NCBI GenBank assembly: GCA_026936045.1
Contig: JAIXKU010000291.1
Coordinates: 1-42,963, forward strand
DNA length: 42,963 nt
DNA from: Flavobacteriales bacterium
GTDB taxonomy: Bacteria; Bacteroidota; Bacteroidia; CAIKAF01
Direction: 5' to 3'
Shown: positions 29,100 to 38,061 of the stretch, piece by piece
Layout of the letters: every line of letters begins with the position of its first letter
How positions within the stretch are numbered: the first letter of the stretch is position 1
Notes under the pieces: generated by a model
The model's database searches: none
What the model saw: the letters and a program-made list of their open reading frames with translations, nothing else
What the model was told of the DNA's origin: nothing
Translations under genes and position numbers: made by a program

Positions 29100-29313
29100 T
29101 CAGCGACGGATAAATGCGTGGCATCGCGTAGGTCTTGTGCGAAAGGCCTTTGTTGACCTTGATAGAAACTATATTTACTTCGTTTTTGATTTCAATCTCC
29201 GGAATAAGATTTTGCCGTAACAGCTTCTTTATAGTATTTACGAGGTCCTTTTATTACCTTCTTTGGTTGGCGAAACGCTAAAATATTTCCGCTAATAGTA
29301 TCTATATTTTTTA

Positions 29314-29321
29314 TAAGTTTG
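29314..29321 (+). promoter_or_regulatory. -7 promoter box TAAGTTTG (TAnnTTTG) for proline dehydrogenase
   Basis: Exact consensus match ending 7 nt before the ATG at 29329. Confidence 0.45.
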
Positions 29322-29328
29322 CGCCATT

Positions 29329-30501
29329 ATGGAAGTCTCATTCAGCAATACCGAAATCGCGTTTCAAACCCGATCCAACCAAGACCTAAAATGGGCTTAT
29401 CGTTTGTTTACAATGATGGCCTCACCCTTCATGGTAAACGTGGGGAAATGGGGAACGAGAATTGCCTTTTCTTTGCACCTGCCTGTAGAGGGAATGATAC
29501 GCAAAACACTGTATCGTCATTTTGTTGGCGGCGACTCCATTACCTCTTGCGAAAACACCATTGCCTCATTATGGCAGCATAAAATTGGAACCATTTTGGA
29601 TTATTCTGTTGAAGGAAAAGAAAATGACGCCAGCTTCGATGCATCCTTGTCTGAAATACTTCGCACTTTTGATAAAGCCAAGGGAGATGAGCGTATTCCT
29701 TTTTGTGTGTTTAAGATGACCGGCTTTGCACGCCAAAAACTGTTAGAGAAAATCAGCAGCCAGACAACTTTAACCGATGAGGAGCAGGCCGAATGGGCGC
29801 GGGTGAGAAACCGGGTGCTTCAAATTTGCCAACGTGCATACGATTATCAACAGCCTGTATTCATTGATGCCGAAGAAACTTGGCTGCAACCGGCCATTGA
29901 TGGACTGGCTGAAGATATGCTGTTCCGTTTTAATCATAAAGACATCATCGTATATACGACATTGCAACTTTATCGTACGGATCGCTTAGGCTATTTGCGT
30001 GATTTACACCGTAGAGCAAAAGAGAAGAAAGTAAAGATTGGTGTAAAGCTTGTGCGTGGCGCCTATATGGAAAAGGAGCGTGAGCGTGCAGTGCGGTTTA
30101 ACTACCCGGATCCGATTCATCCCAACAAACAGGCGACTGATCATGATTATAACGAATGTTTACGCTATTGCATTGAAAATATTAATGAAGTAGCCGTTTG
30201 TGCCGGTACTCATAACGAGGAAAGCAGTTATACATTGGTTTCCTTACTTCAGAAACATGGATTACCTAATAACCATCCGCATGTTTATTTCTCACAACTT
30301 TTAGGTATGGGCGATCATATCAGTTATAATCTTTCACATCTAGGTTATGGGGTCGTTAAATACGTGCCTTATGGTCCGGTAAGAGAGGTTACACCTTATT
30401 TAATGCGCCGTGCTGAGGAGAACACGGCGATGCGTGGTCAGACAGGCCGAGAACTGACTTTGATAACGACAGAGCTACAACGCCGAAAGATCTTAACATA
30501 A
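29329..30501 (+). CDS. proline dehydrogenase (monofunctional PutA-type PRODH)
   Basis: 390 aa. The N-terminus FSNTEIAFQTRSNQDLKWAYRLF and the C-terminal motifs VKLVRGAYMEKER, GTHNEES and YVPYGPVREVTPYLMRRAEEN are typical of bacterial monofunctional proline dehydrogenases. Confidence 0.85.
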   Translation: MEVSFSNTEIAFQTRSNQDLKWAYRLFTMMASPFMVNVGKWGTRIAFSLHLPVEGMIRKTLYRHFVGGDSITSCENTIASLWQHKIGTILDYSVEGKENDASFDASLSEILRTFDKAKGDERIPFCVFKMTGFARQKLLEKISSQTTLTDEEQAEWARVRNRVLQICQRAYDYQQPVFIDAEETWLQPAIDGLAEDMLFRFNHKDIIVYTTLQLYRTDRLGYLRDLHRRAKEKKVKIGVKLVRGAYMEKERERAVRFNYPDPIHPNKQATDHDYNECLRYCIENINEVAVCAGTHNEESSYTLVSLLQKHGLPNNHPHVYFSQLLGMGDHISYNLSHLGYGVVKYVPYGPVREVTPYLMRRAEENTAMRGQTGRELTLITTELQRRKILT

Positions 30502-30576
30502 TTGGTTTAAGATTCTCTCAACAAACCATTCCTTTCATTGGTTAATTATTAAATTCGTCTCAAATTTTAAAACAGA

Positions 30577-32396
30577 ATGTTGACATTAGAAAGAGCAGTC
30601 ATCAAATTTGCCGGAGACTCAGGTGATGGTATGCAATTGGTTGGGTCATTGTTTACCGATACGACAGCCATCTTAGGTAATGATATAGCCACATTTCCTG
30701 ATTTTCCCTCCGAAATTCGTGCTCCGCAAGGCACTATTGCCGGTGTTTCAGGTTTTCAGATTCATTTTGGCGCGTCCGGTATTTACAGCCCCGGCGACGC
30801 ACCGGATGTATTGGTTGCAATGAATCCAGCGGCTTTAAAAGCTAATACACATAATCTGAAGCCGGCATGTCTGATAATCGTAGATTCAGATTCATTTTCA
30901 AAGAAAGATTTGGATAAAGCCGGTTATACCTCTAATCCGTTAGAAGATGATTCACTTAGCGAATATAAACTTATTCCCGCGCCCATAACATCATTGACCA
31001 AAGCCGCTATTGCTGAACTGGGGTTAGATAATAAATCGGCTGAGCGTTGTAAGAATATGTTTACGCTTGGTATGATTTTTTGGTTGTTCTCAGAGCCGTT
31101 GGAAGAAACCATTCGGTATTTTGAGCAAAAATTCAAACAGCAACCACACCTGGCTGAAGCTAATTCCAAGCCATTGAAAGCTGGTCATCACACGCCTTGA
31201 CCATTGAAGCCATCATGCTCACTATTCGTTTTACCGGCTAAAAGAAATCAGGAACGTATGAAATATCAATGGGGAACCTGCTGCGGCATTGGCCTTATGG
31301 CTGCAGCCGAGAAAGCCGAAGAAAACTCTTCCTTGGTTCATATCCTATTACGCCGGCTACCGATATCATGCAAGAGTTGGTGCGCCATAAATGGGCAGGG
31401 GTAAAGGTTTTTCAGGCAGAAGATGAAATCGCCGGTATTTGCTCGGCTATAGGCGCTTCGTTTGCCGGAAATATTGCAGTTACTACGACTTCCGGTCCCG
31501 GTATGGCACTAAAAACAGAAGCTATTGGTTTAGCTGTAATGACAGAGCTGCCCATCATTATAGTGAATGTGCAGCGCGGCGGTCCTTCAACCGGATTGCC
31601 AACTAAAACTGAACAGAGTGATTTGATGCAAGCTGTTTGGGGCAGAAATGGGGAAAGTCCGGTCGTTGTGCTGGCAGCCAGCGGTCCGGGCAACTGTTTT
31701 GATATGGCTTTTGAAGCGGTGCGTATTGCAGTAGAACATATGACACCGGTTATATTGTTGTCGGAGTCTTATATCGCTAACGGCGCTGAGCCATGGCTTA
31801 TAAAATCCACTAAAGAGCTGCCCAAAATAAAAATTAATACACTATCTGAGCCCAATCCAAATTGGCGACCATACAACCGTGATAATGATACATTAGCACG
31901 TAAATGGGTTGTGCCCGGTACGGCTGATTTACAACACCGTATTGGCGGTTTGGAAAAAGATGATTGCACGGGTTGTGTTTCTCATAACCCACAAAACCAC
32001 GAGCTTATGGTTCAAATCCGCCAGGAGAAAGTGACCCGTGTGGCAAAAGATATCCCGCTTCAAAAGGTAAAAGGCAAAGAGGCTACTAAATTACTTGTTG
32101 TCGGGTGGGGCGGTCAGTTTGGTATCCTGTTTGGTGCTGTGAATGACCTGCAGAAAGAAGGTAAAAATATTGCGTTCACACATTTTAATTATATCCAACC
32201 TTTGCCGATGAATACGGCAGAGATTTTTGCCCAATACGATAAAATTCTCGTATGTGAATTGAATAACGGACAGTTTGCCAACTATCTACGTGCGGTATTA
32301 CCACAGTTCACTTATGAACAATACAATAAAATACAAGGCTTACCATTTAAAGTGGCTGAGCTGAAAGAAAAATTTAATCAAATATTAGAAAGCTAA
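30577..32396 (+). pseudogene. korA: 2-oxoacid:ferredoxin (acceptor) oxidoreductase subunit alpha, reading frame disrupted
   Basis: ORF 30577..31200 encodes the gamma-like domain (IKFAGDSGDGMQLVG...). ORF 31269..32396 encodes the alpha domain (LFLGSYPITPATDIMQEL...). These are normally one fused protein of about 600 aa. The junction 31190-31320 needs several frame changes to read through (see findings). Confidence 0.75.
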
Positions 32397-33406
32397 TGGA
32401 AATACTGCGCAAGCCCAAGGATTATGCCAGCGACCAGGAAGTTAAATGGTGCCCCGGCTGCGGCGATTATGCCATCCTCAATGCCGTACAACGTGCATTG
32501 GCTGAAATGAATATAGATAACAAGGATATCGTATTTATTTCAGGTATTGGCTGTTCTTCCCGCTTCCCATACTACATGAATACCTATGGTTTTCACACCA
32601 TACACGGCAGAGCAGCAGCCATTGCTTCAGGTGTGAGGTTAGCCAACCCGAATTTAAGTGTTTGGATTGTATCGGGTGATGGCGATTCATTAGCTATCGG
32701 CGGAAACCATTTTATTCATGCCATTCGCCGTAATTTGAATATGAATCTGCTTGTTTTTAATAACCAGATTTATGGTTTGACAAAAGGGCAATTCTCACCC
32801 ACTTCTGAACGAGGCAAGATTACCAAATCATCACCGCATGGTACACTGGAAATGCCTTTTAATACCGGTGAATTAGCCATGGGTGCGCGTAGTACATTCT
32901 TTGCCCGTGTGCCGGATACCGATATTAAACTCATGACACAAACGATGCTGGAAGCGGAGAAGCATCAAGGCCTCTCGTTAGTTGAAGTGTATCAGAATTG
33001 TGTTATTTTTAATGATAAGGCGCATGCCGCTATCACAGCTAAAGAAAACAAAGCTGATTCTCAACTGATATTGGAACATGGTAAACCAATGCTCTTTGGT
33101 GTTGATAATCAGATGGGACTAAGATTAAATGGCTTAGAATTAGAGGTGGTGAAGCTAGGTGAAAACAGCATTACCATAGACGATATCTTAGTGCATGATG
33201 CTCATAACACATCACCGACTCTGCATTATATGCTGACACAAATGAACCGTCCGAATTTTCCTGTGGCTATGGGTGTTATTCGTAATGTAACAGCACCGAT
33301 TTTTGATCAGGAAATGGGAAAGCAAATAGACCAGCTCAGTACTACCAGCCAGTGGTCTTCGTTAGACGACCTCTTCTTTTCAGGGAATACCTTTGAGATA
33401 AATTAA
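32396..33406 (+). CDS. korB: 2-oxoacid:ferredoxin oxidoreductase subunit beta (TPP-binding)
   Basis: 336 aa. Motifs are WCPGCGDYAIL, GIGCSSRFPYY and SGDGDSLAIGGNHF (TPP GDG motif). The ATG overlaps the korA stop (TAATG). Confidence 0.9.
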   Translation: MEILRKPKDYASDQEVKWCPGCGDYAILNAVQRALAEMNIDNKDIVFISGIGCSSRFPYYMNTYGFHTIHGRAAAIASGVRLANPNLSVWIVSGDGDSLAIGGNHFIHAIRRNLNMNLLVFNNQIYGLTKGQFSPTSERGKITKSSPHGTLEMPFNTGELAMGARSTFFARVPDTDIKLMTQTMLEAEKHQGLSLVEVYQNCVIFNDKAHAAITAKENKADSQLILEHGKPMLFGVDNQMGLRLNGLELEVVKLGENSITIDDILVHDAHNTSPTLHYMLTQMNRPNFPVAMGVIRNVTAPIFDQEMGKQIDQLSTTSQWSSLDDLFFSGNTFEIN

Positions 33407-33555
33407 GCGTATCTTTTGATACCCTGTTTTTTGCCTTTTTTTAGGTTTTGAAAGACATATTCAGACTGTTTGAGAGAAAGTTATTAACACCTGCAACAAA
33501 ACGAAAATCGTGTCGTTAAACACAACATACTTCCTTTTCAAACTTGGGTTCTGAG

Positions 33556-33592
33556 AATGCGGACGTACCAATCAGCCACGGTCTTCCGCATT
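33556..33592 (+). terminator. possible terminator hairpin downstream of korB
   Basis: 8-bp stem AATGCGGA (33556-33563) / TCCGCATT (33585-33592) with a 21-nt loop, followed by a T-rich tract (TTTCATTTTTATTTT). The loop is large, so this is weak. Confidence 0.3.
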
Positions 33593-33604
33593 TTCATTTT
33601 TATT

Positions 33605-34576
33605 TTACCATCCCAAGAGATAAGCGAAGATCAATGGGGCTACAATGGTCGCATCGCTCTCTACAATAAATTTGGGTGTTTCTATTCCCAACTTGCCCCA
33701 GGTAATTTTTTCGTTAGGAACAGCACCGCTATAACTGCCGTACGAGGTTGTAGAATCGGATATCTGACAGAAATAGGCCCAAAATGGGATATCATGCATT
33801 TCTAAATCCTGATAAAGCATAGGCACTACACAGATTGGAAAATCGCCGGCAATACCCCCGCCTATTTGGAAGAATCCCACGCCTTTGCCACTGCAATTCT
33901 CTTTGTACCAATTAGCTAACCACATCATGTATTCAATACCGCTTTTCATGGTTGTTGGTTTAAACTCTCCTTTGATGCAGTAAGAAGCAAAAATATTTCC
34001 CATAGTGCTGTCTTCCCAGCCTGGCACTATGATAGGAAGATTCTTTTCGGCTGCCGCTATCATCCAGCTATCATGTGGGTCAATCTCATAATATTGCTTT
34101 AGTACACCGGAATTAAGCAGCTGATACATGAACTCATGCGGGAAGAAACGTTTTCCTGATTTATCTGCATCATTCCATATTTGGAATAAATGCTTTTGTA
34201 ATCGCCTGAATGCTTCTTCTTCCGGAATACAGGTATCAGTAACACGGTTATAATGATTTTCCAATAAGCCCCATTCTTCCTGCGGGCTCAGATCGCGGTA
34301 ATTAGGCACACGCTTATAGGATTTATGAGCGACCAAATTCATGATATCTTCCTCTAAGTTGGCACCGGTACATGAAATAATATGAACCTTATCCTGGCGA
34401 ATCATCTCAGCTAATGATTTGCCCAGTTCAGCTGTACTCATGGCCCCAGCTAACGTAATCATCATTTTGCCATTGTCTAATAATTGAGCTTCATAGCCTT
34501 TGGCGGCATCGACCAAGGCGGCAGAATTAAAATGCAAGTAATGCTTTTCTATGAAAGCGGAGATAGGTCCTTTCAT
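33605..34576 (-). CDS. deoxyhypusine synthase family protein (bacterial DHS-like, candidate homospermidine synthase)
   Basis: 323 aa. Contains LTLAGAMSTAELGKSLAEMIRQDKVHIISCTGANLEEDIMNLVAH and FFQIGGGIAGDFPI, segments I recognise from bacterial deoxyhypusine-synthase-like proteins. Confidence 0.8.
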   Translation of the reverse strand: MKGPISAFIEKHYLHFNSAALVDAAKGYEAQLLDNGKMMITLAGAMSTAELGKSLAEMIRQDKVHIISCTGANLEEDIMNLVAHKSYKRVPNYRDLSPQEEWGLLENHYNRVTDTCIPEEEAFRRLQKHLFQIWNDADKSGKRFFPHEFMYQLLNSGVLKQYYEIDPHDSWMIAAAEKNLPIIVPGWEDSTMGNIFASYCIKGEFKPTTMKSGIEYMMWLANWYKENCSGKGVGFFQIGGGIAGDFPICVVPMLYQDLEMHDIPFWAYFCQISDSTTSYGSYSGAVPNEKITWGKLGIETPKFIVESDATIVAPLIFAYLLGW

Positions 34577-34577
34577 A

Positions 34578-35648
34578 TCATTTATATTTTTTTGATTTTT
34601 TATTTTTATTAGTATTCATCATCATTTGATTAGCCATTTGATAGATAAGCCTGGCGCCGGTATTGGCATCCCATTCATTTTCACCGGGAGCTACTTCTAC
34701 CACATCAAATCCAATGATATTTTTGCCGGATTTACGGATTTGTTTGATGAGGGACAACGCCTGATAAAATTCTAACCCACCCGGTACGGGTGTACCTGTA
34801 TTGGGACAAAGCTTGGGATCAAGCCCATCTATATCAAACGTAATATATACATCATCCGTTAAATGAGAGATAATAGACTGACAGATATCAAGCCATGTCG
34901 TTCCATCGTAAAGTTGATTTTTAATAGACTCATCGGTGAACAAGACAACACGTCCTTTGGATGTGTCTATTAAATCCTGTTCTGCCTGACACCAGTCGCG
35001 AATGCCAACCTGCACAAGACGTTTCACGTTTTTCAGTTTGAGTGTATTGTATAAAATACTGGCATGGCTAAAGGTAAAATCCTCGTAGGCTTCACGTAAA
35101 TCGGCATGTGCATCAATATGTAAAACACTGAATGATTGTCTTTCAGATAAGGCAGTAATTAAACCAAGCGGCGTTGAATGATCTCCACCAATCAAGGCTA
35201 CTTTCTTTTTATCTTTCAGAAACGATAGGGCTTGTGTTTTAACCCATTCGTTCATATAAGCACATTCGGCATTGATAAAATCAAGCATTTGTTTGTACTT
35301 GGCCGTTTTTGCCTCCTTCGGTCTTTTGGTTAAGGTTTCAATATATTCCTGAGCATATTTCCGTGCCTTTTTTCCGCGTTTCTTTAGTTCATCTGCTATA
35401 GGCAGCATGAAAATCTTATGTTGCCACGCCTCCGGCACATCCTGAAGAAATAAATCAACTTGTGCGCTGGCCTGACGAATAGCATCTGGTCCTTTGGCTG
35501 TTCCGGCAGCATAGCTGACTGTGACATCCCAAGGAACGGGAATTAATACCAAGTCCGCTTCGTCAAGTGAATAGGGAAGGCCAAAAGCACCGCTTTCAGC
35601 ACTGGACGGTGCATTGGGGTTAAAGTCTATATTTTTTTTGACTGCCAT
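34578..35648 (-). CDS. arginase/agmatinase (ureohydrolase) family protein
   Basis: 356 aa. Mn-binding ureohydrolase motifs are LIGGDHS, HIDAHADLRE, TFDIDGLDP and DVVEVAP. Its stop lies 1 nt before the DHS-like start codon. Confidence 0.8.
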   Translation of the reverse strand: MAVKKNIDFNPNAPSSAESGAFGLPYSLDEADLVLIPVPWDVTVSYAAGTAKGPDAIRQASAQVDLFLQDVPEAWQHKIFMLPIADELKKRGKKARKYAQEYIETLTKRPKEAKTAKYKQMLDFINAECAYMNEWVKTQALSFLKDKKKVALIGGDHSTPLGLITALSERQSFSVLHIDAHADLREAYEDFTFSHASILYNTLKLKNVKRLVQVGIRDWCQAEQDLIDTSKGRVVLFTDESIKNQLYDGTTWLDICQSIISHLTDDVYITFDIDGLDPKLCPNTGTPVPGGLEFYQALSLIKQIRKSGKNIIGFDVVEVAPGENEWDANTGARLIYQMANQMMMNTNKNKKSKKYK

Positions 35649-35665
35649 TTTCGGGTTTTAGTTGG

Positions 35666-35673
35666 CAAAGATA
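35666..35673 (-). promoter_or_regulatory. -7 promoter box TATCTTTG (TAnnTTTG), internal promoter for the agmatinase/DHS-like pair
   Basis: Exact consensus match on the minus strand, 17 nt upstream of the ATG at 35648. Confidence 0.35.
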
Positions 35674-35722
35674 TAATTAAACACTCTAAAAGCAGGCTAG
35701 TGACATAAGCACTGGAATCTAT

Positions 35723-36322
35723 TTATTGTACTCTTTCGTCGTATTGATGCCCCATGCTATCGCTTTTGTGCAAGCGTGCTATCATTTCTTTCTTGATGAT
35801 ATTGAATACAACCATGTGAACATCTTCTGCAATTTCCATATCCATCGCTTTTGAATGAATGACGATATCAGCTATTTGACTGATTGCACCACCTTTGAAA
35901 CCACAAAAAGCAATAGTTTGTACGTTTTTATCTTTTGCATATTGCAGGGCTTTAATTACATTACGGCTGTTTCCGCTACCTGATATACCGATAACTAAAT
36001 CATGAGGCTGAATAAAGTTCTTTAGCGGTTCAATAAAGATATCATCCCAGCCGATATCATTGGCTATAGCCATCATAGAAGGCATGTTGTCATTCAGGCA
36101 AATAAGTTTAAACCGTTTGTCAAGATCATAGGAAGCCCCTTTAAGAAAATCGCCGGTGGCATGAGATGCCGTGGCGCCGCTACCACCATTGCCAAAGATA
36201 TAGATGGTGCCGGATTCTTGATAGGTCCTAAAAAAAGCCTCCGCTGCAAGTTGCACCTGATTTATGTCTAACTGATTCAGCGTGTCTTTCAAAAGCTGGA
36301 TGTACAATTGAGCTGTTTTCAT
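35723..36322 (-). CDS. SIS domain protein (GmhA/DiaA-like sugar-phosphate isomerase fold)
   Basis: Contains IFGNGGSGATASHATGDF and LVIGISGSGNSRNV, typical of SIS-domain phosphoheptose-isomerase-like proteins. Start taken at MKTAQLY (36322). Confidence 0.7.
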   Translation of the reverse strand: MKTAQLYIQLLKDTLNQLDINQVQLAAEAFFRTYQESGTIYIFGNGGSGATASHATGDFLKGASYDLDKRFKLICLNDNMPSMMAIANDIGWDDIFIEPLKNFIQPHDLVIGISGSGNSRNVIKALQYAKDKNVQTIAFCGFKGGAISQIADIVIHSKAMDMEIAEDVHMVVFNIIKKEMIARLHKSDSMGHQYDERVQ

Positions 36323-36385
36323 GAATAAACAATAAAGCACAAAGATAGGAAGATTGCCATTGGTTTTACTTAGTTAAATAATAGC

Positions 36386-36979
36386 TTAACTGCATAGGTT
36401 GATTATTGCATGGTGAATGGCAACAACCTGACGAATCAAAGGGATGGTGCCGTCGTTGTGAATGATATAATCTGCTTTGGCTAACCGTTCTTGCTCCGAC
36501 ATTTGTTGATTTATACGAAGCTTTACATCCTGCGGGTTAATACCGTCGCGCATAACAACACGTTTTATGCGCTCTTCTTCAGGCGCTGTAACAACAATAA
36601 TACGAAAACAATCAGCATGATTTCCCGATTCGAAAAGAATAGCAGCCTCTCTTATGCAATAAAGCGCTTCTTTAATGTATGCCTCTTTCCATTGTTCAAA
36701 TCGCTTGGCGACTAATGGATGTATAAAGGCATTGACGGCCGCCAGTTTATCAGGGTGATTGAAAATAATATCAGCTAATATCTTTCGATTAACTTGCCCG
36801 TTAGAATTGCGGATGGATGCGCCGGTTATCTTTTCTATTTCATCAAGAATAAGCGGATTATTATAGAGCGCTTTTGCTTCATTGTCGGCATAGAAAACAG
36901 GTACCGTTAGGGCTTCAAAAATATGACTAACGGTTGTCTTACCACTGCCGATACCACCTGTAAGTCCTATTATTTTCAT
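36386..36979 (-). CDS. coaE: dephospho-CoA kinase
   Basis: MKIIGLTGGIGSGKTTV P-loop at the N-terminus; about 197 aa. Start taken at 36979, where ATGA overlaps the stop of the upstream gene. The ORF-track start at 37033 adds 18 residues ahead of the P-loop. Confidence 0.9.
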   Translation of the reverse strand: MKIIGLTGGIGSGKTTVSHIFEALTVPVFYADNEAKALYNNPLILDEIEKITGASIRNSNGQVNRKILADIIFNHPDKLAAVNAFIHPLVAKRFEQWKEAYIKEALYCIREAAILFESGNHADCFRIIVVTAPEEERIKRVVMRDGINPQDVKLRINQQMSEQERLAKADYIIHNDGTIPLIRQVVAIHHAIINLCS

Positions 36980-37947
36980 GGTATTTTTATTAAATATTCT
37001 ACTGCCGGAGGCTGAATATCCAACACAGAACATCCAATAGGGATATGCTTTGGCTTTACAATCAATAAAGCAGATTGGTTATTCACATCTATTGCATCCA
37101 CTATACATGTAAAATCGGAAGATCGTAGTGTATGAAACTTGTTATCCGGAACACGGGCTGTAATCTCAACGGTTTGCTGCAAAAGGTGAATATCATTCTT
37201 AATGTTATTCTGTATTTGTATTGTGCAGATAAATTTACGCTCAATCATGCGACCAACAGGAATAAGGATATCTACCATAGTGATATCACTGCTTATACCA
37301 TCTGGAAATATCACAGCCACTTTTTTTTGTATGTCTTCGCTTACATTTTGATTCGTAATCGTCTCCGTTGAAATACTGTCTATACCTTCTATGGCGCTTG
37401 GGTTGCCAATCAGCTCAATAAAATCAGGTTTGATTTCGATGCTGTTACGCATGGCATACCCTTGCGCAAAGCCTAATTGCAATGGGGCAAATACTTTTAC
37501 TTTGCGTGTGGTTTTGATATCAAACTGTAAATAGAGTGTGTCGGGAGAGATGGATAGTATCTTGTATTCATTGCCTATTTGTCGTCCCAACTCGTAGATT
37601 TTTTTCTGAAGAGGAATCAATAAGACCGAGCGGCGGGTGTCTGAGAATTCAGAAGCAAGGTCAATGGTTAGCTGGTTTTGCATCCAGCTGTTTTGTATTT
37701 GTCGTAATAACAAGCGATAACCGGTGGCCTGAATGCGTAAATTCAGAGAGGTAGGTAGCGGATGGAGCGAAACCATATTGGTAGGAATACCCGTAATTTG
37801 CAATGGAATGGCTACGGTATTGGTTTGCATTTGGTTCATGGTAGTCAACAACCACAGTATGCCACTCAATACCATACAGATGGCAAGCGCAATGATATTT
37901 TTACGGATTGTTCCTTTAGAGGCTGACATTTCAAACCCTTTATACAA
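36976..37947 (-). CDS. YbbR-like domain membrane-anchored protein
   Basis: 323 aa with one N-terminal TM helix (IIALAICMVLSGILWLL) followed by repeated beta-rich modules. The assignment rests mainly on the conserved Bacteroidota position between yajC and coaE. The start may be the ATG at 37929. Confidence 0.5.
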   Translation of the reverse strand: MYKGFEMSASKGTIRKNIIALAICMVLSGILWLLTTMNQMQTNTVAIPLQITGIPTNMVSLHPLPTSLNLRIQATGYRLLLRQIQNSWMQNQLTIDLASEFSDTRRSVLLIPLQKKIYELGRQIGNEYKILSISPDTLYLQFDIKTTRKVKVFAPLQLGFAQGYAMRNSIEIKPDFIELIGNPSAIEGIDSISTETITNQNVSEDIQKKVAVIFPDGISSDITMVDILIPVGRMIERKFICTIQIQNNIKNDIHLLQQTVEITARVPDNKFHTLRSSDFTCIVDAIDVNNQSALLIVKPKHIPIGCSVLDIQPPAVEYLIKIP

Positions 37948-38061
37948 ACCTACGCAAAATTTCCTATTCTATCTTAATAGACGCATTAAGATAGTAGAAA
38001 GCATACGATTAAATGTCGCGTCTTTTAAGAAAAGCAAAATGTGGAAAAGCGTGAGACAATC

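Noticed and set aside
28905-29220. Plus-strand ORFs of 83 aa and 62 aa in the GC-rich orphan segment.
   Set aside because: The translations are Cys/Ser/Arg-rich and not protein-like (e.g. CTFRSPLQSITSPACQAESVEWCVSRFFYF). There is no promoter box upstream. The region is better described as non-coding or decayed (see findings).
31198-31200. The in-frame TGA between ORF 30577..31200 and ORF 31204..31404 (same frame), considered as possible selenocysteine or programmed read-through.
   Set aside because: Read-through in that frame gives non-homologous sequence (PLKPSCSLFVLPAKRNQERMKYQW). The conserved KorA sequence is recovered only by frame changes. No SECIS-like hairpin is evident.
33557-33805. 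82-aa plus-strand ORF at the 3' end of the DHS-like gene.
   Set aside because: It is antisense to the well-supported DHS-like C-terminus and starts inside the putative korB terminator hairpin.
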